Assembly: GCF_009914755.1 (NCBI RefSeq)
Contig: NC_060931.1
Length of the DNA: 64,000 bases
Strand: one strand, 5' to 3'
From: the human T2T-CHM13v2.0 reference genome, Homo sapiens
The first letter of the stretch is position 1. Every line of letters begins with the position of its first letter. The translations under genes and the position numbers were made by a program. Below are positions 13,066 to 27,398 of the stretch, one piece after another. The notes beneath the pieces were generated by a model. It was not told where the DNA came from and ran no database searches. It saw only the letters and a list, made by a program, of their open reading frames with translations.

Positions 13066-13158
13066 ACTCAGAAGGCTGAAGCAGGAGGATTGCTTGAGCC
13101 TAGGAGTCCAAGCCTACAGCCTGGGCAACATTGCAAGACCCTACCTCTTAAAAAAAAA
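13066..13158 (+). mobile_element. Alu monomer fragment (FLAM/FAM-like)
   Basis: GGAGGATTGCTTGAGCC...CAGCCTGGGCAACA plus A tail. Confidence 0.7.
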
Positions 13159-13867
13159 TGCAAGCCTGGTCTAACCCTCAAGTAGGCAGAGCTTGGTCCC
13201 CGTGGACTCACTCAATGATTGTCCATGTGCGACTCTGCCATTCCCAAGCACATAGCCTCCCCAGGCCTGGAAGGTCAGCTCTGCCTGGGTGGTGAATTCT
13301 CCCTGAGCACCACGTACACTCACGTGAGAGGGCTACTGTCCCTGTTGTCTGACCCTCCTCAACAGGGAGAACTGAGAGCAGCAGGTATTCCCCACCCAAG
13401 TCCCAACTATGACCCAAGAGTGGGAGACCCAGAAGACAGGCAGTTCAGGAATCTCCATGATCAGCCTGGCTCACCTCTGAAAACTCGGATGCCCCAAGAA
13501 TCCCTGAGTGGAGATGGACGGCATGGCCCAGGCAGCCAGTGGGCCTTCCCTGAGAGTGACTGACCAGCACTCATAGGGCATAAATAGGACAAGGTCTCTG
13601 TTAGCTGGTGGAGCTCAGTAAGAGTGATGTCAACCAAGAAGTCCTGGGGCTTGGAGTTGTTTCATCAAGACTGCTGGTGGCCTCTGCCTAAACCTCCAGT
13701 TGGGCCAGTGGACCAAGCCCTCCACAACCTGCCCCTCTACCTTTGGGAGCCTTTAAACCTTTCCTCTTAAGCTCCCTGCAGAACCATTCCCTCTGTCCCT
13801 TCAATGTAGGAGGAGACCTCAGCTAACATCTAACCCAGAGCTCACTCTGATGCAGACCCCTGCACGC

Positions 13868-14001
13868 CAGGACCGGCACATAGCTTGTGGGCCTCAAATG
13901 ATAATGCAAGCCCTTGTTTCAAAATTATTAAGAATTTAAAGGTGTTGACAGCAGAGAGTGAAACCCCAGGCTAAGATACCAGCCCCAAGGAGCTGGTCCT
14001 G
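13868..14001 (-). mobile_element. MER45A-like hAT MITE
   Basis: TIRs CAGGACCGGC ... GCTGGTCCTG; internal TTGTTTCAAAATTATTAAGAATTT. Confidence 0.65.
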
Positions 14002-14594
14002 CCGTCTGCTCCCACTACCCACCTCGGCCATGGCCCTGAGGTGGCAGCTATTTCCTGGGCTGTGTTTCTAATAGTAATGCATTGCAGCAAGAGAGCACAT
14101 AATCTTCTCCTCAAAGCATGTTCTGCTTCCCAAAAGCAAATAAATATGTATTAAATCAATATGCCAGTTATAGTAAATGTTTCATTTACCACCAAATTCA
14201 AGCTTATGCAAATTAGAGCAATTGCACACTTAACCCTAAGTTATCTTGGCAGTAAACATTTTTACAAAAAATACGTGATTAGCTAAATGCTTTTCTCAAC
14301 TGTAAGTTCCTGAGGGACTAATCCTAAACTCTTGGCCAACTACGAGCTGTTTCTCAGAACATATATACTAATTGTCTCATTAATCTCTCCTCTTAATTTG
14401 CTGTGCCTCTCCCAGTTAGGGGGAGACATTCATAATTTTTGGTCATACATTTGGTAATTGACCTGCTACTTTGGACTGCATGGATTCCCCGTCCTGGGGC
14501 CACTTCAAGGTGGCTACATCCCATAACCTGGAATTTCTAATGGCTAAGGCCAGGATGAACCTGATATCTCATGAAAACATATCAGGTGTATAAA

Positions 14595-15412
<818 letters not shown>

Positions 15413-15559
15413 TATTAGGTGTAGATGTCTGATCCAAGAACTTAGTCAGGATGTTAAAAGGTTGCCTGCTAAACCCTCATGCTTATTTGCTAGAGCATCC
15501 AAGGATTGGTTTGCAAAACTCACAAGATCCCCCGTCACTGCCTGAGAGCTGATTCCACG

Positions 15560-16130
15560 TTACAGTTATCCATTGCTACATAACAAGCCACCTCAACTCA
15601 GTGGCACAAAACAACAACTATTTTATTATGCTCATGAACTCAATGGGACAAGGATTCAGACAGGACACCCTGGAGATGGCTTCTCTCTGATCCATGATGT
15701 CTGGGGCTTCAGCTGGGAGGACTCGGAAGCTGATAGCATCTTGGATGCTAATACCGGAGGCAGCAATTGTCTGGCAGCTTTTTCCCTTACATGTCTGGCA
15801 TCTGGACTGGTCTGTGCTCAACTAGAACTGTAGACCAAGCACCTATGTGTGGTCTCCCCACGGGGCTGGGGCTTCCTCACAGCATAGTGGTCTCAAGTAA
15901 TCAGACTCTTGCATGGAGGCTCAGGGCTTCAAGATGGGTGTTCTCACACACAAGAAGGAAGCTGCACGCCTTTTATGACCTAACTTCAGAAATCCCATGA
16001 CTATTTCTGCCATACTCTATTGGTCAGTGGTCACCATTGCGCCCAAATGGAAAGGAAGAAGACATAGACCCCACATCTCAATGGGAGGACCAGCAAAAAA
16101 GTGAGAGGGGCCATGGTTCAGAACTGCCAC
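15560..16130 (-). mobile_element. MaLR LTR (MLT1F/G/H-like)
   Basis: CATTGCTACATAACAAGCCACC...GATGTCTGGGGCTTCAGCTGGG matches reverse MLT1. Confidence 0.65.
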
Positions 16131-16693
16131 TCCATGACTCATTTCCTTTATAGTAAAGGCAGCTCTACCTCTGCTGAAGCTGCAATCATGTTTCAAAAGT
16201 CTTTGGTTCCAGCCTCCGAAGTTTTCTACACCTTGGAGCAGTGTCTCCAGTTTACCTTCCACTTTAGAAACTCCTTATATTCTGCTGTCAAGGTAAAAAT
16301 GTTCTCCTTTCACCACAATATCCATATTTGCCAGCAAAACAGAACATGCTCTTGATGGAAAACAGCTTTCCTCTCTCATCCTAGTTTTGATCATTAAGCT
16401 GCCTGTAGTGGCTGTGTCACAAAAGATTCCGAATTCACAACCAGGCTCAGTAAATAACAACGCCATAGTGAATTCGAAACCTCTGCTGTGGTGTGGGAGG
16501 AGAGAGTGGTATATGTATGTCCTGTTCTTGTCATTTCAGAAAGGCACCAGCCTTATTATCAAATATGACCTCCAGCGATGCATCAGGACTACTCAGCCCT
16601 GCAGCAGAGTCTTCTTTCACAGTGTCATAGCCTCACTCATTAGAATGTGTGAACACGCATTCACAACTTACATGTCTGTGATGACTCAACTCT

Positions 16694-16930
16694 TTCATTC
16701 ATTCAACGAACACTTAACTAAATGGCTATGGATTAGATCCTGCTGTAGGTTTTGGGGATACGAAGATGAAAGACATAGTCTCTGGTTTCTAGAAGCTTGT
16801 TTTTCTGTAAGAAAAAGTCACGTAAAGAATAACTCAAGAATAATGGAGAAAGTCCCTCCTAATTCATTCAAGGAAAGTCACAGAAAACTTTAAAAAGGAG
16901 GTAGAGTTTGAGCTTTAACATCAACTGAAG
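16694..16930 (-). mobile_element. L2 3' end fragment
   Basis: TTCATTCATTCAACGAACAC start is typical of a reverse L2 tail. Confidence 0.6.
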
Positions 16931-17796
16931 GGAGAAGGACATTCTGGACAGCGGTCTGCACAGAGGCACCGAGCTATCCCAGGGACATCAAGTGCCCCAT
17001 ATTCTGTGGTTCCTGAAGTGTCTGCTGTCCTAGAAGAACCACATGCAGCACAGACTGACCACCCAACTGTGGTCCAGCTGGATAAGGCCACTTGCAGGTG
17101 ACAATCCAAGAAACAGGACCCCAAAAAAGAGACTGGAAGCTACCCTAAATCCAATTCCTTGCACACTGCTCCAAAACCTCAGGGGATTATTTAATCTACC
17201 TCCTTTCCAGTCACCCTGGTCATAGACCTTGTTGCTTTCTAGTGACAGTGACCATGCACCCCGAAGATTTGCTCAGCCTCTCAGTGGCCCCTCAGCTCCC
17301 ACCCACAAATCAGAGGCTGAAATTCACCCATGGCCACCCTGCTTATTCCCAGTTCTAATGAAAGAGGAGTTTCTGGATATTACCAGACAATGCTTCCACC
17401 ACAATGGGATTTAATAATCAAGAACTGGCAGCAGTGCACATCCAAAGGCTGGGCCTCAAAGCAGATCTGTGACATCAAGGCCTCGCTCCTCTCCCTGTGG
17501 CCCGACCCTGTTGGGAAGGGGGAAATTGTCAAAAACCACACAACCTTCCAACCACACTGCAACAGGGCTCCTTCACAACTAGGAGGAAAAGCCCCAGGCC
17601 ACAACATTCAAAAGCCCCTGTGCTTCCCACCAGCTTCGGTGGAATGAGCCTTCCCTGTCCATCCCCAAGAGCACTTGTCCACTCTTGTTCCTGTGTTCCT
17701 ACTGCCCCTAGTTCTCACCCCGTTGCCCTCTGTTGATTTGTGATGCTTATTTCTCAGCATCCATTTCTATGTTTTCTTTGCTGCCCTTCTCTATCC

Positions 17797-18166
<370 letters not shown>

Positions 18167-18487
18167 TAACGTGTACAAAAAAACTTGTTTCTTGTCCCTT
18201 CTCTGAGCCCAGAGCAATAGTTTAGGATGTCAATAGCTGAGTTTGATGGTGACATTTAACAGTAGTGTTGTAACAGGTGTTTAAGCTCTAAGACCAATCA
18301 TAGAGCTTGTGCACTTGAGCTCAGAAAAGTTACAGACAGTAAGGGACATCCTAAAGATCCAGGAAAGGCTGGAATTTGTCCCCTCTCTCTGTGTCACTGT
18401 GAATGACCTGTGTTCTATTGACTTGCTGCTGCCCACGCAGGATCTGGACTAGGTTTTCTAGTTGGGTTTCAAAGTATTTGCCCCAAG

Positions 18488-18796
<309 letters not shown>

Positions 18797-19014
18797 CTAA
18801 CCCAGCATCCCAATATCACCACAGCCTTCACTGAGCCCCTGCTGAGATGGAAACTTGTCCCCAAGAAAGGAAGTATGGAAATAAGTAGGAGGTAGGGGGG
18901 AACTGAGAGCACAGCCTGAATATTCTGAGTTCCCTGTAGCTGCTGGCCTGGCTGTACATTGAGAGGCAATACAGATACAGGTGATGGTTTAAAGGATAGC
19001 TCAGGAATCACTCA

Positions 19015-19251
19015 GATCTCTGTCTCCCTCTTCACATGGCTGGCTTGCCTGGGTGTCTCTGTGTCTTTGCATTTCTCCTTTTATAAGGACACTAGTCATT
19101 GGGTTTAGGGCCCACCCTACTCCAGTAGGACCTCATTTTAACTCAATTACATCTGCAAGACTCTAATTCCAAATAAGGTTACGTTCATGGGAACTGGGGA
19201 TTAGGACTCAAATATATCTTTTGAGGGGGTCACAATTTAGCTCACAATACA
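19015..19251 (-). mobile_element. MLT1 (B/C-like) LTR fragment
   Basis: TTATAAGGACACTAGTCATTGG...CCAAATAAGGTTAC matches the reverse MLT1 5' half. Confidence 0.7.
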
Positions 19252-19319
19252 AATCTTTTCTATATCTCTACATTTCAGGGAAAGAAATGGACACAGAATT
19301 CTAGACAGTCTCACCAGGA

Positions 19320-19710
19320 CTGAGAACAGCCATTTCCCAAGTCACTGGACTCATGGGAAATATGATGGACACTTCCTTAACCTCTATTATATTTCCCTCC
19401 TAATGTATCTTCCTGTTCTGCAGCAACTAGAAAGTTAAACTCTCCATTTCCCAGATTGTTTTATATCTAAAGCTCTGTATAGAATTAGTTTCTACCAATC
19501 AGGAGCATTTGAGCAAGATCTGGAAGATGAAAGGGATACTGAAACTGCCTTTCTGCCCTTGATGCTGCTGTGTTTGCAGGCGAGGTCAAGGAGTGGCAAC
19601 AGCATTCCAGTCCCCAGCTTCCCAGGCCTAGAAAGGCAGGGACTGGCAGAATGATCATGCACTTGTGTGTGCTGCAGGGCCCATTCTCCTAGGAACCTGG
19701 CCTCCCAACT
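19320..19710 (+). mobile_element. ERVL LTR33-like fragment
   Basis: AAACTCTCCATTTCCCAGATT and CCAATCAGG...CAAGATCTGGAAG resemble LTR33. Confidence 0.45.
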
Positions 19711-19711
19711 T

Positions 19712-20008
19712 GGCCTCCCAACACTTTAGGAAGCTGAAGCAGGAAGATCGCTTAGCCCAGGAGTTTGAGATCAACCTGATCAAAATAAAGAGAACTTGTC
19801 GCTTCAAAAAAAAAAATAAAAAGGTTTTTTTTAATTAGCCAGGCATGGTTGTGCACACCTATAGTCTCAACTGCTTGGGAGGCTGAGGCAGAGAATGGCT
19901 TGAGCCCAGAAGTTCAAGGCTGCAGTGGAGCCATGATCACACCACTGCACTGCAGCCTGGGTGACAGAGTGAGACCCTGTCTCAGAATAAATACATTAAT
20001 TAAATAAA
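19712..20008 (+). mobile_element. AluJ (5'-truncated)
   Basis: TCAAGGCTGCAGTG...GAGTGAGACCCTGTCTC plus AT-rich tail. Confidence 0.85.
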
Positions 20009-20009
20009 A

Positions 20010-21235
20010 CCTCACATATAGAGTTGACTTTTGATGAGATTACCAAAACAATTCAATAGCAAAATAGACTTTCAACAAACAGTGCTGGGACAACTGGATA
20101 TACACATGTAAAAGAATGAAACCGGAACCCTAGTATTTATCATATATAAAAATTATCTCAAAATGAATCAAAGACCTAAATGTAACAGCTAAAACTCTTA
20201 GAATAAAATGTAAGCATAAATCTTCACGACCTTGCCAATTTTAGGCAATGATTTCTGAGATATAACATCAAATGCCCAAGCAACAAAAGAAAAAAATGAT
20301 AAAATAAACTTCATCAAAATGTAGAAACCTTTGTGCTTCAAAGGATATCATTAAGAAAATGAAAAGACAACCCACAGAATGGGAGAAAATACTTGCAAAT
20401 CATATATCTGATATGGGTAACCCAATTTAAAAATGGGCAAAGGATCTGAACAGACATTTCTCCAAGGAAGATACATAGTAACCAATATCACATGAAAAGT
20501 TGCTCAACATCATTAGTCATAAGGGAAATGCAAATCAAAACCACAATGGGATACCACTTCATCCCCACCAGGATGGCTGTAATCAGAAAGACAGATAACA
20601 ACAAGTGTTGGTGAGGATGTGGTGAAATTATAAACTTCATACATTGCTGGTGGGAATATAAAATAGTGCAGCTACTTTGGAAAACAGTCTGGCAGTTCTT
20701 CAAAAGGTTAGACAGACTACTATAGAATACAGAAATTTCACCCCAGGTATGTGTCCAAGAAATATGAAAATGTGTCCATACAAAAAGTTGTACATGAATG
20801 TTTATAGCAGCATTATTTATAATAGTCAAAAAGTTGAAACAAAACAAATATCCAATAACTGATGATTAAATAAACAAAATGTCATATATCCATACAATGG
20901 AATATCATTCTGCAATAAGGAAAAATGAAATATTGATACATGCTACAACATGGATGTACCTTGAAAACATTAGCTAAATGAAAGAAGACAAATGCAAAAG
21001 ACCATGTAGTATATGATTCTACTTATTTGAAGTGTTCATAATATACAAATCCATAGAGGCAGAAAGTAGATTAGTGGTTGCCATGGTCTGGGAGGATTGG
21101 GGAGAATTGGATATAGAGTTTCTTTTAGAGGTAATGAAAACATTCTAAAATTGGTTGTGACAATAGATTTAATAAATCTATAAATTGTATAGTATGTGAA
21201 TTGTATATCAATAAAGCTGTGATATTTTAAAAAGG
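20010..21235 (+). mobile_element. L1MB-like ORF2 C-terminus and 3' UTR
   Basis: GAAATGCAAATCAAAACCACAATG and GAAAGTAGATTAGTGGTTGCC; terminal CAATAAAGCTG. Confidence 0.85.
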
Positions 21236-21399
21236 ATATGTTTCAGTATTTGCTGTTAAGTGATAAAGGCAAGTCACAGAATAATAAACATTGTAGAATT
21301 CTATTTATATAAACAAAAAACACACTTCCATATGTGTTTTAATGTTTTATGAACATTTACTCATATATTGTTTTTGTAATCTTTAAAAAATTTAATTAC

Positions 21400-23425
21400 A
21401 AAAATGTAGCCATCCTAATATATAACAAAATAGAATTCATAGCCAGGAAATATCAAAAGAGATAGAGATATGTTATATCTATAGATGAAAAGAAACTCAA
21501 GAAGCATATCAGCTAATTCTAAGGTATGAATCTTATTAGGATCCTAATTTAAGTAAAGAGAATAGAAATATTTATAAGACAATTGGAAAATTAGAACACT
21601 GGATATTTGATGGTATTAAGAAATTATTGTTAATTCTTTAGGTTTGATAGGGTATTATGATTATGCTTAAAAAGAATTCCTTATCTTTTATAGATAGATG
21701 CTAGTGTATTTACTTTTTAAATGATATTATGTTTGCCATTACCTCAAAATAATCCAGTAGAAGGGGTGTGGAAGAGTTTGTGTAGTATGGATAAAATAAG
21801 AGTAGCCATGAGTAGTTGAAGCTGGATGATGGATTTGAGAGGGTTCATTATATCCTTCTCTCTACTTCTGTATCAGCTTGAAAGAGGTATAGTATATCTT
21901 GATGAAAGAAACAATAGACAAAGAAGATACAACATGCATAACATATATGCATCTAACAACATAATCTCAAGCAAGAAGAAGAAAACCAACAACATTGCTG
22001 ATTTTAGTACATAAATCTCAGAACTGATAGATCAAGTAGACAAAAAAAGCAAAGACATAGATTATCTAAATAAGACATTTAATAAACTCATATTTGTATA
22101 TAACCCTCCACAAACCAAAGAATGCATGTGTATATTGTGTACATATAACATTCACATAAACTGACCAAATAATGATTTTAAAAGAAGTCTCAAATTCTAA
22201 AGAATTGAAAGCATACAGACCATGTTCTGAGACCATAATGTAATGAAATATATGAATAAATAAATAAAAAAACCGTGCTCTTTGATAGTATGGCTTAACA
22301 TTGTAAAGATATCCATCCTCCTCAAATGTTTTTTATAATTCCAATCCCAATCAAAATCCCAACCAGAATTTTTTAGGGGTTAATGAATTTATTCTAAAAC
22401 ATATGAAAAATGGGTTCACAAATGGTGAAATCATTTTTCAGAAAGAAGGACAAAGAAGTGAGACTGGTCCCATCAAATATTAAGTTACACTATAAAGCCA
22501 TGGAAATTTTTTTAATCATGGTATTGGCTCAAGAGTAGACCAACAGACCAACAGAACCAAAAAGAGCTCAGAGACTCATGAATATAAGGGAATTACGAAG
22601 AAACAGGAAAAAACTGACTGTTTAGTAGGTTATAGTGGGGAAAAGCTCCCATAATATGGAGAAAAATAAAACTGCATCCTTACCTGATATAATATACAAT
22701 GAACTTCAGCAAGAGTAAGAATCTATACATAAACAGTGAAACTAAAAATGTAGGAAAATATTTGTGACCTAAAGGTGGAAATTTTCTTAAACAAGACCTA
22801 AAAATCATAAACCACAAGGTAAAAAAATATGTAGATTTGATTTCATTAATATTACAGGTTTCTATTCAACAAAGGAATCCATAGTCAAAGTTGAGAGGGA
22901 GAAGATACTTTCAACATCTCAAACTGACAAAGAATTCATAATTAGAATATATAGGAAACTTCTGCAAATCTGTAAGTAAAAGTCAGAAACCCATTCTATA
23001 AATGGCAAAGTATAGAAGCAAGTAATTCATAGAAAAAACAAATTAATAACAAATATATCAAGAGATTATCAAAATTAGAAAATTATCTAGTGCCAAATAT
23101 AAGCAGGGCTTTCAGAAACACAAACATGGGTCTAAGGTGGGTTTTGTGCCTTTGGAAATGTGGACTGATGAAGCCTCTCTGTAACATAGCCTGCATGTAC
23201 TTGGTGAAATTGAACATACATACATCCTATGACTCAGAAAGCCCACTACAAATTATACCTAATTGAAAGAAATTCTCCCCCAGGACTATGAAGGGATGAG
23301 AACAAGGATGTTCGTCATAGCATTTGTCATGGCAGTGGGAGTTGGAGGCAAATTCAGTATCCATCCTTGGAGGAATGGATGAGTCAAATGGACTGAATGT
23401 ACACCATGAAGTACCAAGAAACATG
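21400..23425 (+). mobile_element. Degraded old L1 (L1M/L1ME) fragments
   Basis: A-rich ORF2-like remnants such as CATACAGACCATGTTCTGAGACCATAATG and ATCCCAATCAAAATCCCAAC. Confidence 0.6.
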
Positions 23426-23696
23426 CTGTACTTGTTGGGTTCTCAAGGAAGCAGACACTGAGATGCTGAAATGGAGTTAGATTTATTGTGGAGCTAACAC
23501 CTGGGAAAGAAAAGGAAAAGAGGCCAGAACTAAGATGGCCTGAGGAAGGAATCCTGTAGGGGGTAGAGATGGTCCAGACTTTGAACTGCCACTCGGCTCA
23601 GTCATTGACTGGGGACCACCCAGAGAAGAGCAGAGCCTCACTCAAAAGCTAAGATAGACCCTGAAGAATCTAACAGCTTGAGCCATCAGCTGACCC

Positions 23697-23808
23697 CACA
23701 CACACATGCACACACACAAGCACGCACACACACACGTGCACACACACACACGCACACACACACATGCACACACACTCTCACACACACACGCACACGCACA
23801 CACACACA
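23697..23808. repeat. Imperfect (CA)n
   Basis: Seen directly. Confidence 0.9.
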
Positions 23809-23809
23809 A

Positions 23810-25160
23810 ACAGCCATTGGGGAAATCCAAATTAAAGCCACATTGAGATGTCTCTACACACAAATTAGGAAAGTTAAATTTAAAAATGGTGATAATACCA
23901 AATGCTGGAGAGGTTGCAGAGAAACTGAATCTCTTACACATTGCTGATGTAAATGAAAACATACTTTGTTAGCTTATAAAACTAAACACTCACTTACCGT
24001 ATTACCCTGCAATGACATTTCTGGGCACTTATCCCAGAGGGATGAAAACTTACATTCAAACAAAAGCCTGTACGCTAATGTTCATAGTAGCTTTACTTAT
24101 AACAGCATAGGAAACAGCCCAGATGTCTCTCAGTGGATAAATGGTTTAACGAACTCTGTCACAATAAAATACTATTCAGTCATGAAAAGGAATGAACGAT
24201 TGATATATGCAACAACCAGCACAGACATCGCTAAGCATATGCTTAGTGGCGGAGAAAGCCAAACTCCAAATGTCACATGCAGTATGATTTCACTCGGATA
24301 GCATTCCCAAAATAAGAAAACAACAGAGATGGAGAAAAGGTTAGGGATTTCCAGGGGATGGGGATGGATTGGGGTGGTGGCATGGATGTTAATAAAAAGA
24401 GGTAGCAAGAGGGAGTTCTTTTGTGGTGTTGGAGCAGTTCTGCATCTTGACTGAAGCGCTGCTTACACAAATCCACACCTGACAAAAACACCTGACATAA
24501 ACTTGCATAGAACTGTATGCACACACAAAACCACACACACAGAGAGAGACAGAGAGAGAGACAGAGAGAGAGAGAGATGAATGCAGGTTTAAAAGCAGTG
24601 AACACCGAATAACTTCTGTAGCCTAGTTAATAGTAGTGTGTACCTATGTGGATTTTCTGGTTTTGACATTGTACTCCAGTTATCTGTGTCTTAGTCCATT
24701 GAGGGTGTTATAACCAAACACGTAGCTAGGTGGCCTATAAACAACATAAGTTAATTTCTCACAGTTCTGGAGGCTGGAAGTCCAAGATCAAGGCCCTGGC
24801 AGCTTCAGTGTCTGGGGAGGGCCTGCTTCCTGGTGCATGGACTGGCCATCTTCCCACTGCGTCCTCACATGGTGGAAGGGACAAGAGAGTTTTCTGCGGT
24901 CTTTTTTTTTTTTATAAGGGCATTAATCTCATTTGTGAGGGCACTGCCTTTGTGACCTAATCACCTTCCAAAGGCCCCATCTCCTAATGCTACCACTATG
25001 GAGATTAAGATTTCAACACATGAATTTGAGGGAGACATACTCAGTCCATTGCAAGATGTCACCATTAGAGAAATCCAGTTGAAGGTTCACAGAACTCCGT
25101 ACTCTTTTTGCTACCTCTTGTGAGTTTATAATTACGCCAAAACTAAAAAGCTTTCTTAAA
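23810..25160 (+). mobile_element. L1MC/MD-like 3' portion, interrupted by MLT1A
   Basis: GAAATCCAAATTAAAGCCACA and GATAATACCAAATGCTGG followed by 3' UTR-like sequence. Confidence 0.7.
24687..25053 (-). mobile_element. MLT1A-like MaLR solo LTR
   Basis: TGTCTTAGTCC...TTCTCACAGTTCTGGAGGCTGGAAGTCCAAGATCAAGG...TCCATTGCA. Confidence 0.85.
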
Positions 25161-25690
25161 AATATATATACAAATTCTCAAGTAAAATATAGTAAACTTG
25201 TTACTTTTTCAGGTATTTGATGCCTTTATCTGTAAATTCTTTCAAAGGAAATATGGCATGAACAAATATTGAGACAGGGATGTTTCACCAACTCTCAACT
25301 CCCCTTATTCAAGGGTTGGATCATAATAACTACATCTAAGTAATCCAGAAATTATCATTTTACTGAAAACCACGAAGACTATGTAGATGGAGAGAGATGA
25401 AAGAAGTACTATTTTTAAATCTGCAGCTTTATATCAATATACATAAATACATACCAGATAACCATATTTTATAAGAATACATATATATTCAAGGGTATAT
25501 GTCAAATTTTAAAAAGAAAGGGGATTTGGCGTGGTCCTATCATTATGAAAGGGGATTCGGCGTGTTCCTGTCCTTATTTTACTCATCATGTCATCCCCTA
25601 TCGTCTACCAGGCGTCCAGGCGCTGAGGACCAACCTTCTCTTCCTCCTCTGGCTAAGAAAACAATCAGCTTTCCCAGAGCCACCGCTGTC

Positions 25691-25709
25691 TGGACGCTAG
25701 ATGGCGCCG
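25691..25709 (+). promoter_or_regulatory. CTCF-like motif
   Basis: TGGACGCTAGATGGCGCCG aligns to the CTCF core CC(A/G)C(C/T)AG(A/G)(G/T)GGC(A/G)C with one core mismatch. Confidence 0.5.
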
Positions 25710-25716
25710 CTGAGCT

Positions 25717-25847
25717 CCCCCCACCCCCCGCCTTTCCCCCACCCCCCGCCTTCTCCCCCACCCCCCGCCTTCCCCCCCACCCCCCGCCTTCCCCCCCACC
25801 CCCCGCCTTCCCCCCCACCCCCCCGCCTCCTCCCCACCACCCCGCCC
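25717..25847. repeat. C-rich ~19 bp minisatellite (~7 units of CCCCCGCCTTCCCCCCCAC)
   Basis: GCC anchors at 25730, 25748, 25767, 25786, 25805, 25825 and 25844. Confidence 0.9.
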
Positions 25848-27107
25848 ACACCTGCGGTTCCTGCAGAGGGGTTGCTCAGGTGACCGGGCCGTTTGGACCA
25901 CTTGGTTCAAATTCAGGATCCAGGTAGATGCAGCTGGGGAAAGCAGGGAGGAATGGGAGGCTACAGACAGAATGACCACATGCGTGCCTTCCTGCAGGGC
26001 TTGTCTTCTCCAAAGCCCCTGGTCAGTCACATGTTTTACTTGGCTCCCTTCCTTCTTCCTCGCCTTCTCCAGACCCTCTAAGCATGTGCCTTTGTCTCTT
26101 CCCAAACCTCCTGAGTCGCCTGAGGCCCTCTGGTGGTTCAATTCTTTATTGGAAGAACAAGCAACATGTTTACCCCAAGGGTTTCCACGGAGAAATACAA
26201 ACACGTCTATTATTGGCAAGAAAAGCAGCACTGATTTGTTGAAGAACTAGGGAATTGTTCTAATTCTGCAGATTAGTCTCTTCTTGTCTTTGGTTGAAGT
26301 AACACAACCATCTCCATAGAGGTTCCTAAGCATAGAGGAAGATTGTATTGTAACAATACAAGGCTGCCGTAACTATGTAATTGGCCATAATTGAAGACAA
26401 GAATGGTGGGAAGTATGGGTTTGCAATTACCTAATATTCCTGTCCTAACCCATTTCAGGAGATCTTGCTGCGAGGTGCATGTTACCCATATAACAGACCC
26501 TGGGAGTATACCCAGGAGCAGTGGTGCGGATCACAGAAGGGGCTTTAAGACGCCCCTGGTGTTCTATGGCCATTAGCTACCAGTAGGAGCAGCTGCACCC
26601 CTGGCTGACCACAGATGTGGCTGTCAAACACAGTGAGTTAACAAAGGACAGTGAAACAGGGGGACGTGCAAGTCAGAGGAGATGCCTGCTTCCTCCTAGA
26701 TCCCCACCATTTTCCTGGCTTTCTACTCTATTCCCAAAAAGAAGACACACTGGGGTAGAGGGCTGAGGGGAATAATTCAGTCCACAGATGCAGTTTTCTC
26801 TCTTTTTGCTACCATGGTTCTGAATGAAGAGCTAATATTATACTATTCCCACCTGTGATGAGCCCCAGTCCTTTTGATTCTTTTTCTTCTTCATCATCCA
26901 TCCAAACGTCCCCAAGTGGTAAACAGGCCAGCAAACCTGTTATCCTCTCTTCTGTCCCTTCCACACATGTTTTAGCTTTAGTGGAAGCTCACAGAATAAC
27001 CCTCAATTATCTGTTGTGGTCTGTGGCATTACCTTCTTAAAGGAAAGCTGATGGGTTCTTTCAACAGGTTTGGGGTCCACTCCCAGCTAACAATTAGTGT
27101 GACCTTA

Positions 27108-27398
27108 GCCGAGCACAGTGTCTCACGCCTGTTATCCCAGCACTTTGGGAGGCCGAGGCGGGTGGATCACGAGGTCGGAGATCAAGACCATCCTGGCTAA
27201 CATGGTGAAACCCCATCTCCACGAAAAATAGAAAAGAAAATTAGCTGGGCGTGGTGGCGGGCGCCTGTAGTCCCAGCAACTCATGAGGCTGAGGCAGGAG
27301 AATGGTGTGAATCAGGGAGGCTGAGCTTGCAGTGAGCCGACATCGCGCCACTGCAGTCCAGCCTGGGTGACAGAGCAAGACTCCATCTCAAAAAAAAT
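27108..27398 (+). mobile_element. AluY-like
   Basis: ACCATCCTGGCTAAC and GAGCTTGCAGTGAG; GTGTGACCTT on both flanks. Confidence 0.92.

Noticed and set aside
23425-23696. Possible ERVL LTR16/33-type fragment
   Set aside because: Resemblance too weak to assign family or boundaries by eye.
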